Shown: positions 26,404 to 32,431 of the stretch, in pieces
How the letters are laid out: each line of letters starts with the position of its first letter
Position numbering within the stretch: position 1 is the first letter of the stretch
From: a virus
Taxonomy: Duplodnaviria > Caudoviricetes
Length of the DNA stretch: 32,431 nt
Direction: 5' to 3' (one strand)
Virus record (IMG/VR): IMGVR_UViG_3300032164_000928
Location: 1 to 32,431 of that record
Translations under genes and position numbers: made by a program
Notes under the pieces: generated by a model
Databases searched by the model: none
Told to the model about the DNA's origin: nothing
Seen by the model: only the letters and a program-made list of their open reading frames with translations

Positions 26404-26961
26404 CTACTTCGAAGCAAACCGACCCTGTTCGTCGCGACGATACTCGTCGGACCCTCCGCCTAACGATGTATGGGTACTTGCATGTTCACGATGTTTAGCC
26501 GCAAGATCGTGATTCCCCTCTCGTCCGTGAATTGCAGCCGCATGCATATGTGCTCCCTGCGCATCAGCATGTGCTTTGGCTGTACCTAGCCGCTCCGCTG
26601 CATAAGTAGATTTGTAAGCGTTACTGGATGCAGCACGTAATTCTGCACTCGGAACCTTACGGCCTTCTTCTTTGAACCCTACCCCACGCGACTCAGCGGC
26701 ATTTGTGGCCCGTCTCATCATTTCAGTTGCGCGATTGTCGTGGTGGGTCAATTCCTTTTCGTTACCTTCACGTGCATGTGCTGCACTCGCAGTTGAATGA
26801 GCCTCTTCTGCTTTTTCCCAAGAACGCTCTGTATTAGACTTTTCTGCGCTCTGTTCTAATCTATCTGCAGCTGCACTTAGGTGCTCTGGGCTTTTTACGG
26901 AAACAGGAGACTTGTTGTACTCCTCAAACGATTTTGCCCACGCAGACATACCCTTGCTCAT
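26404..26961 (-). CDS. His/Ala-rich helical protein with C-terminal RDEQGRFASK motif
   Basis: 185 aa, AGGAG RBS, two internal AH..A...H.REGN repeats. Confidence 0.8.
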   Translation of the reverse strand: MSKGMSAWAKSFEEYNKSPVSVKSPEHLSAAADRLEQSAEKSNTERSWEKAEEAHSTASAAHAREGNEKELTHHDNRATEMMRRATNAAESRGVGFKEEGRKVPSAELRAASSNAYKSTYAAERLGTAKAHADAQGAHMHAAAIHGREGNHDLAAKHREHASTHTSLGGGSDEYRRDEQGRFASK

Positions 26962-26970
26962 TATCAGCTC

Positions 26971-27264
26971 CTACTTCGATGCGAACTGCCCCTTCTCGTC
27001 GCGATTGTACTCGGACCCCGCTGAAGTTACAGCATGTTCCACGTCGCGGAACGTACCTATGTGTTTGCCTCCAGCAGCTGCGTCATGATGCACAACTAAC
27101 TTCCCTGACTTCGCATCTATTCGACCCTCTGCACTGGCTCCGTACGCAGACTTCAGCTGAGACCTATCAGACCCCGTAATTCTAGTCTCTCCACGATCAT
27201 TAGTTGTGGACTGCGCCTGCTTGCGCACCCATGCAGATACAGCTTTTTCTCTAGACCCGGCCAT
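26971..27264 (-). CDS. Small basic protein with C-terminal RDEKGQFASK motif
   Basis: 97 aa, AAGGGG RBS, termini similar to the neighbouring gene. Confidence 0.8.
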   Translation of the reverse strand: MAGSREKAVSAWVRKQAQSTTNDRGETRITGSDRSQLKSAYGASAEGRIDAKSGKLVVHHDAAAGGKHIGTFRDVEHAVTSAGSEYNRDEKGQFASK

Positions 27265-27274
27265 TAGACACCCC

Positions 27275-27589
27275 TTACTCCGTAACGGGGATCAACTCGA
27301 CACCTTGTTCGCGCAAGAACGCGATGTCGTAGCACCGTTCGTCGATGACCTTACCCTGCTTCAACGTCACGCGAACGCCTCGATACATGATGGTACCTAA
27401 CGTAGCGATCTTGTACCGTATTGGTGCAGGTACTTTAGCTTTTCCACGCGGGGGAACCTTGTTGATGATAGGGGCCTGTTCGACAAGTGCCGGACTATCG
27501 AATGTGGGCGCGTCGGCTATAGGCGTACTCGCCGTGATAGACCCAGTACCTGCCGAAGTGGTTTCAGCCTTTGCCGGCTTATTTCGCAT
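27275..27589 (-). CDS. Small post-capsid hypothetical protein
   Basis: ATG 27589 with GGAGG upstream; disordered N-terminus and compact C-terminal domain. Confidence 0.7.
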   Translation of the reverse strand: MRNKPAKAETTSAGTGSITASTPIADAPTFDSPALVEQAPIINKVPPRGKAKVPAPIRYKIATLGTIMYRGVRVTLKQGKVIDERCYDIAFLREQGVELIPVTE

Positions 27590-27620
27590 CTCTACCGACC
27601 CTCCCACCCTTAGATGCCAA

Positions 27621-27674
27621 TGTTAGAGGGGGCCAAGCAGGCACGGTTCCCCGTGGCTCATGGTCCCCCCAACA
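27621..27674 (-). terminator. Long stem-loop just downstream of the capsid gene (stabiliser/attenuator; no U-tract)
   Basis: TGTTGGGGGGACCA...CACGG-GGAA-CCGTG...TGGCCCCCTCTAACA; G-U pairs and the GNRA loop work on the minus strand. Confidence 0.55.
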
Positions 27675-27680
27675 CACTAG

Positions 27681-29063
27681 TTACAGCGCGTGTTCGATAA
27701 TAACGCCGCGCTTATAGCGCTCAGGTCCAGTAGACGCGGTAACATCTGACGGAACCGGGAAGCACGTTGAGATCGACCAAGCTGCCGACACAACATCTTG
27801 CAAACGGTCGACTGGGGCACGAAGAATCAACCGTATTCGCTCAGTGGAGATCGAGATGCCGTTGTTGACAATGTCAAAGTCGCCAACTTTACCTGTGATC
27901 CCAGCTTCGGACACGTAGTTCTCTTCGTTCAGCCAACGTTCGTAGACCGTACCCTTGCCGGTCACGATGATTCGGCCTATGTTGGTGCCGCTTTCGTTTG
28001 TTGTTTCCGCTCCGATACCATTGGAGTAGAACGCACGGGTTCCAGTTGCAACGCGGTCACCCGCGTTCACTGGCTCAGGGGCCTCGGTATTCATCGAGAA
28101 GAGGATACCGCTGATCGTACCGATGAAACCTTCTTTGTAGATGACATGCTCGGGTAACGCCGTATTCAACCGCTGGAACACGTGATCGGCGAACACCTGC
28201 GCGTTCGCTTGCGGAGAGATGTGAGCATGGTAGAAGCCGTCGTCGTGCGGCTGAACGTTGTGCCGTCGCAGAATCGCAACTGCGTTGATGGCATCCTGCA
28301 GCACGAAGCTGTCGCCGCCGCCAATGGCATCCACGCTGTCTCCACCACCAGTACGAATGATGGTCGGCCGGTAGGCACTTAGTACTGCAGTACGGGCAGG
28401 ATAGCCTGCTCCGCCGACTGCGGCACTGAGCGCCAGTACTCCGGGGCCATTCGGATCGGTTGGATCGTTCGGAGAGAACCCAACCACGTTGCGAACCGTT
28501 GTTCCAATCGTGATCGGAAGTGGATTCGACGGAGACACGGGCATCGGACGAACGTTCGTCCCTGGTACAACAACGTCAGCGAATCCGTTCAAGGCTGCAA
28601 CTTGAATTGTGGTGTCGCCCGCACCCGCAGACACTGTAAGCACCGTGCTACCCGACAGATAGCTGATGAACATCTGATTACGCACGATACGATTGACAGA
28701 CTGCCCTGCCTGCAAACCGAGCTGATGGATGTTTCGCATGAACAAGTTTGCATTAGCGACCACGGACGTGGGCATGTGAACGTCAATCGAACCTGCATAT
28801 CGGTCGAGCCGTGCTACCCACTGCTCGTACGAGATTGCTTGAGGATCAGGGTCTTTGCCTGGAATGAGCGCCTTGACGATAGGCGCGAGCAGCCCAGGCC
28901 GAGACATGAAGATCTCGCCGCCTGTATTAGCAGGCCATTCTTCAGCCATAGCTTCGGAACGGTAGGCAAGATTTGGGTACAGACCATCATGAAAAGCACG
29001 TTCGAGCAGACCTTGCTGCACGAGCTGCATAATTGCTGGGGGAATTCCTAGAACAACGGGCAT
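27681..29063 (-). CDS. Major capsid protein (HK97 fold, with inserted beta domain)
   Basis: Follows scaffold; WPANTG..IFMSR, YHAHISP, GFIGTISG motifs; ATG 29063 with AGGAGA 7 nt upstream. Confidence 0.88.
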   Translation of the reverse strand: MPVVLGIPPAIMQLVQQGLLERAFHDGLYPNLAYRSEAMAEEWPANTGGEIFMSRPGLLAPIVKALIPGKDPDPQAISYEQWVARLDRYAGSIDVHMPTSVVANANLFMRNIHQLGLQAGQSVNRIVRNQMFISYLSGSTVLTVSAGAGDTTIQVAALNGFADVVVPGTNVRPMPVSPSNPLPITIGTTVRNVVGFSPNDPTDPNGPGVLALSAAVGGAGYPARTAVLSAYRPTIIRTGGGDSVDAIGGGDSFVLQDAINAVAILRRHNVQPHDDGFYHAHISPQANAQVFADHVFQRLNTALPEHVIYKEGFIGTISGILFSMNTEAPEPVNAGDRVATGTRAFYSNGIGAETTNESGTNIGRIIVTGKGTVYERWLNEENYVSEAGITGKVGDFDIVNNGISISTERIRLILRAPVDRLQDVVSAAWSISTCFPVPSDVTASTGPERYKRGVIIEHAL

Positions 29064-29189
29064 TGTCGTTTCTCCTGTTAGTGTCACATCCTTGTGCCCG
29101 CGCTCAATATCCCGTTCCGACTGTTAACCGCCGTCGTCGCGTGTGGGTTAGCGCGCGGTGCGCTCATTTACCTAGCAACACAGCACTCC
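29064..29189 (-). promoter_or_regulatory. Possibly structured 5' leader of the capsid gene
   Basis: CGCGCT-AA-CCC / GGG...AGCGCG helix enclosing short CGC/GCG and CGAC/GTCG crossing stems. Confidence 0.4.
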
Positions 29190-30053
29190 TCAGTAGGTAA
29201 TGCCGTTTTGTTTCCGATACGCCATCCATTCTGCGTTGGACATGCTATTAGGTCTGCCTGGACGGACGTCCTTTCCTCCAGGGCCGCCAGACGGTGGAGC
29301 TGCTGGCCGTGTACCAACAGGACCATTCGTGATAGGCGCGACAGGCTTTTCGGCTTCTTGGCTTTTCACGGCTAATTCCGGATTGCCTTCCGCGTACTCT
29401 TTGAACCATGCCTTCAGCACCTTATCGGTGACCTTATCGTAATCATTGTCGTATGTTTCGACGAGATGCTCTCGAAGATCGCGTGCCGCATACTTGTAGT
29501 ACTTCGGTGCAATGTACTCGTCGGCAATGCTACGGATATGCACGTCTTCTTGCGAAGCTAACCGATCCTCTTGGAGTTCGCTGGTACGGGCCTCAGCCAC
29601 TTCTCGAGCTTTGCGCTCAACCGCAGCTTCTTCCCGGAGCTTATCGATCTCGGACAAACTCTTTTGTCTAGCCTCTTCGCGTTCCTTTTCGTACGAATCT
29701 AGCTTCTGCTTCATCGTCACGATATCGCCGATGTTGTCCGTCCCGAAGAGCTTTCGCAATTCCGAACGACTAGCGCGCTGTACCCGACGATTGAACGCAG
29801 TCAGCGACATCTTGATGACCCCTTCGTCATCAGGGTGCGGCTCATCGTCATCGCTGTCCTCCTCTTTTGTAGAGGACTTAGCGGAAGTTCCCGGCGACGT
29901 AGTCCGAGGGGTTGTCGCCGGGACTTCCTTCTGGGACACGACAGCAGCTTTCGGAGGTGGGGCCTTGTCGGCTACCGTCGGGGCAGACTCTTGTTTCTGT
30001 TCAACTTCCGTGAGTGCAGGCTTTGCTGTCTCCTCCGTGTTACCAGTCAGCAT
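29190..30053 (-). CDS. Capsid scaffolding protein
   Basis: Disordered acidic N-terminus, E/K/R coiled coil, Pro/Gly linker, terminal MSNAEWMAYRKQNG helix; directly upstream of MCP. Confidence 0.85.
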   Translation of the reverse strand: MLTGNTEETAKPALTEVEQKQESAPTVADKAPPPKAAVVSQKEVPATTPRTTSPGTSAKSSTKEEDSDDDEPHPDDEGVIKMSLTAFNRRVQRASRSELRKLFGTDNIGDIVTMKQKLDSYEKEREEARQKSLSEIDKLREEAAVERKAREVAEARTSELQEDRLASQEDVHIRSIADEYIAPKYYKYAARDLREHLVETYDNDYDKVTDKVLKAWFKEYAEGNPELAVKSQEAEKPVAPITNGPVGTRPAAPPSGGPGGKDVRPGRPNSMSNAEWMAYRKQNGITY

Positions 30054-30061
30054 AGCTCACC

Positions 30062-30730
30062 TCACAGAATCGTAGTATCGGTCTCTTCAAGAAGGGCATT
30101 GACGTCGATTGCTGGCCCTACCCCTAAGAGAACTCGACAAGAAGTTACAACGTCGGCAGCATTGAACGCGATTGTGGTCTTCGCGAGATTCAATGCAGCA
30201 TGACCCGTAGCAGGAGCGGTCCCCGGCGGGTCGACAATCATCTTGGACACGAGCGTACCTGCTAGCGACTCGATCTGCATCGCAAGTTGAACGCCCTTTG
30301 CTGTGTATGCAGCCTGAAGCGTTGCCGTATTTGCTGCGACGGGCAGAGTCATCTCGTACCGGTCAACCTTCGCGGGGAAGTATACGAGATCGAGCTTAGT
30401 CCATGCGTCGGCTACGGCAAATTCAATGTCGCCAGTCGGATTGACGAAGTACGAGCCCGCATCGGGCGCCGTATGGGTATTCGCGACGAGCGGACCGAGA
30501 GTACCTCCGCCAGCTCGTGCGTACACCGCGAGACACGCTATCGCCTTTGCATCCGTAGGAAGGGTGATGACGTGCATCGGTGAACCGACGTACAAATTAC
30601 CTGTAGCTGGGGCAACGCCGATGAGTTGCGTCGGCAATGCGCGAAGGATATCACCAATCCCTAGTTTCCGGAACGCATCGGCCAAAGTTCCGAGCTGCGC
30701 CCGATTGATCGCTTCTTTCAATGTGCTCAT
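30062..30730 (-). CDS. Putative head decoration / structural protein
   Basis: Ala/Thr/Gly-rich beta protein in the head module; second ATG (30730) is correctly spaced from GGAGG. Confidence 0.55.
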   Translation of the reverse strand: MSTLKEAINRAQLGTLADAFRKLGIGDILRALPTQLIGVAPATGNLYVGSPMHVITLPTDAKAIACLAVYARAGGGTLGPLVANTHTAPDAGSYFVNPTGDIEFAVADAWTKLDLVYFPAKVDRYEMTLPVAANTATLQAAYTAKGVQLAMQIESLAGTLVSKMIVDPPGTAPATGHAALNLAKTTIAFNAADVVTSCRVLLGVGPAIDVNALLEETDTTIL

Positions 30731-30754
30731 ATCCATTCCTCCAAAGATGTCGGA

Positions 30755-31159
30755 CTAGCTGTTACCGCTAGCCATGTACTCTACCGTGCCTGAACCTTTG
30801 ACTTCTAGCAACTTCAATGCGTGGTCGTCTGGGAACTCATGAACGATTACGCCCGATACCCACTCTTCGGCAACAATATCTGAAGGAGTATCAACCATAG
30901 TCAATCGCAGCATGACCGGACTTGCCGCCTTGAAGTACAAGAAGTTCGCTCTCGTGATTGTGTCGGTCGTGCCTATCCCTGTCAACTCAACGTAGGCCGA
31001 AGGACTTTGCACATTTCGCGTGGTCTCAATGTAGACCTGTGCGGGCTTCGGGCTCGGGGTTGTCGAGAACGCGACCGAATTGATTGCAGCCGGAACGCCT
31101 CCGCCAGATGACGACTGTGGTCCTATAGTGACCGTCCCGTCGAGTGACACTTGCGCCAT
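30755..31159 (-). CDS. Putative structural beta-sandwich protein
   Basis: 134-aa beta-rich ORF coupled to neighbours. Confidence 0.6.
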   Translation of the reverse strand: MAQVSLDGTVTIGPQSSSGGGVPAAINSVAFSTTPSPKPAQVYIETTRNVQSPSAYVELTGIGTTDTITRANFLYFKAASPVMLRLTMVDTPSDIVAEEWVSGVIVHEFPDDHALKLLEVKGSGTVEYMASGNS

Positions 31160-31161
31160 GA

Positions 31162-31476
31162 TTAGGCCCCACGAAGGGAGAACGGCTTACGTCCTCCATC
31201 TGGTCGTCCAACAGGTGAGGTGCGTGTTGCCGAAGTCGGATCGGCTTTCAGCACCTTTCCGCCTTCTGCGACCGTCTCCTGATTGAGCGTGTCATCGTCG
31301 CCAGGCTTCTGCTCGGGATTGTTCTGCGTGAAATCCTTCCCGCCGGTCTTAGGAGCACCGCTCTCTGAATTCTTCACGAAGTCATGAGCACCCGATGCAG
31401 CTCCGGCTGCATTCGTTGCGCCCTTACCACTACCGAATGGGCTGCTAGCTCCTGTTCCTGATTTTTGTCCGTCCAT
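31162..31476 (-). CDS. Small disordered Gly/Ser-rich protein
   Basis: 104 aa, AAGGAG RBS inside the previous gene end. Confidence 0.7.
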   Translation of the reverse strand: MDGQKSGTGASSPFGSGKGATNAAGAASGAHDFVKNSESGAPKTGGKDFTQNNPEQKPGDDDTLNQETVAEGGKVLKADPTSATRTSPVGRPDGGRKPFSLRGA

Positions 31477-31477
31477 G

Positions 31478-31777
31478 TCATTTCTCCTTCAACTTGTATG
31501 GCGTCTTTGCGGTGACCTTCGGCCACGGTATTGCATCAGGATAGATCGGGACTTCGACGTGGTCGGAATGCGAGTGACTTGCACTTGCATTGCCCTCGGT
31601 CGGTGTTGTGCTCCCAACTTCATGATCCGGGGCACCTAACTCTTTCGCAGCTTCGAACAGGTCGTCGTAGTCATCTGTTCGATGCACGTGTTCGAAGACC
31701 TCTGCCTTTGGAGCAGCGAGAACCTTCATGCCTGCGTTGACAGAACCTTGTGGAGTAGGTCGTATGCGAAAGCTCAT
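31478..31777 (-). CDS. Small hydrophilic hypothetical protein
   Basis: 99 aa, first gene after the candidate promoter. Confidence 0.7.
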   Translation of the reverse strand: MSFRIRPTPQGSVNAGMKVLAAPKAEVFEHVHRTDDYDDLFEAAKELGAPDHEVGSTTPTEGNASASHSHSDHVEVPIYPDAIPWPKVTAKTPYKLKEK

Positions 31778-31801
31778 GGTAGCCCCGTTAGTTGCTCATT
31801 C

Positions 31802-31830
31802 AGAATAGTTCGGTTGTGCCGCGAAGTCAA
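31802..31830 (-). promoter_or_regulatory. Sigma70-type promoter
   Basis: Minus strand TTGACT-17 nt-TATTCT in the 55-nt intergenic gap. Confidence 0.7.
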
Positions 31831-31832
31831 AG

Positions 31833-32431
31833 TCATCGTTTCTCTTTCTTCTTGATATCAACGGTGCTCATTTTCGGCCGTTCGGGGGGAGCACCCGTCC
31901 TTCCATCTCTTGTCCACGCTGTAACGACTTCGCCATCATTGAGTGGTTCTAGCTCTGCTGGAATGTCCCATCCTAGTCGATGTGGTACAACAGCCTCTCG
32001 GTCGTTTGGTCGATTCGGTGGGTGTTGATACAGTTGAACTCCACCCTTCGGATCGCTCCATTCGAACGCTTCGTCTACACGTCGAATCTGCCCGTGTACC
32101 TGATACGAGTCCCACCCAGTACGGTCGTCGAATGTTGCACATAGGATCTTGCACATGTCGCCGAGCTGTGCGTCGGCCTCACGCATACCTTCCCACGAAG
32201 CCCTCCCGTAGGCATGCATAGACTCTGTGCGCACGATACGTTCGGCCCAATACGCCGGAGCATCCTGGAGGAACGGACTGACTGCAATTACATTGTTCCT
32301 TACATCCACCCAATGCTCGCGTGTAATGAGACCTTGCTGTAGCAACTCTTCGAAGTGCCCAATAGTTGCCGTACCGTATCTATCTAGAACGCCCGGTTGG
32401 CTAGGATGATAAGGGTCGGATTCGAGTCGAT
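31833..32431 (-). CDS. MuF / SPP1 gp7-like minor head protein (5' end outside window)
   Basis: WAERIVRTESMHAY, DDRT, HGQ, HPPNRPNDR motifs; frame stays open upstream of 32345 to the window edge. Confidence 0.85.
   Translation of the reverse strand, partial: RLESDPYHPSQPGVLDRYGTATIGHFEELLQQGLITREHWVDVRNNVIAVSPFLQDAPAYWAERIVRTESMHAYGRASWEGMREADAQLGDMCKILCATFDDRTGWDSYQVHGQIRRVDEAFEWSDPKGGVQLYQHPPNRPNDREAVVPHRLGWDIPAELEPLNDGEVVTAWTRDGRTGAPPERPKMSTVDIKKKEKR

Larger units (their letters stand above)
1..32431 (-). mobile_element. Myovirus-type phage/prophage structural and lysis gene cluster (both ends outside window)
   Basis: Canonical head-neck-sheath-tube-chaperone-TMP-baseplate-fibre order, one coding strand, many ATGA/TGATG/TAATG overlaps. 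Capsid and scaffold genes argue against a tailocin or eCIS. Confidence 0.95.

Noticed and set aside
2835-32409. The many other plus-strand and nested minus-strand ORFs in the track
   Set aside because: They overlap coherent, coupled phage genes and show no recognisable motifs; expected shadows in GC-rich coding DNA.
1-32431. CRISPR array, tRNA/rRNA, integrase, transposase, intron or intein
   Set aside because: None seen by eye; intergenic gaps are at most about 125 nt and no gene looks interrupted.

Overview
The whole window is the virion morphogenesis region of a contractile-tailed (myovirus-type) phage or prophage, with all convincing genes on the minus strand and mostly translationally coupled. 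In transcription order (right to left): MuF/gpF-like minor head protein (5'-truncated), small disordered proteins, candidate decoration proteins, scaffold, major capsid protein, two small proteins sharing a C-terminal RDExGxFASK tag, neck genes, sheath, tube, tail assembly chaperone with a -1 frameshift, tape measure, LysM tube initiator, hub, spike, gp25-like, gpJ-like and gpI-like wedge proteins, an embedded lysis cassette (holin, CHAP/NlpC-P60-like amidase, a Trp-rich small protein) and a fibre module ending in a Gly-rich fibre gene that the ORF track missed (1678 to window start). The most striking unexplained signal is a 123-nt spacer between the tube and chaperone genes built from RBS, anti-RBS and anti-anti-RBS segments plus a second crossing helix, which looks like a two-state translational RNA switch. 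The same gene ends in a T_TTT_TTC slippery site followed by a long hairpin. All product calls come from motifs and synteny read by eye; no database search or folding program was run.
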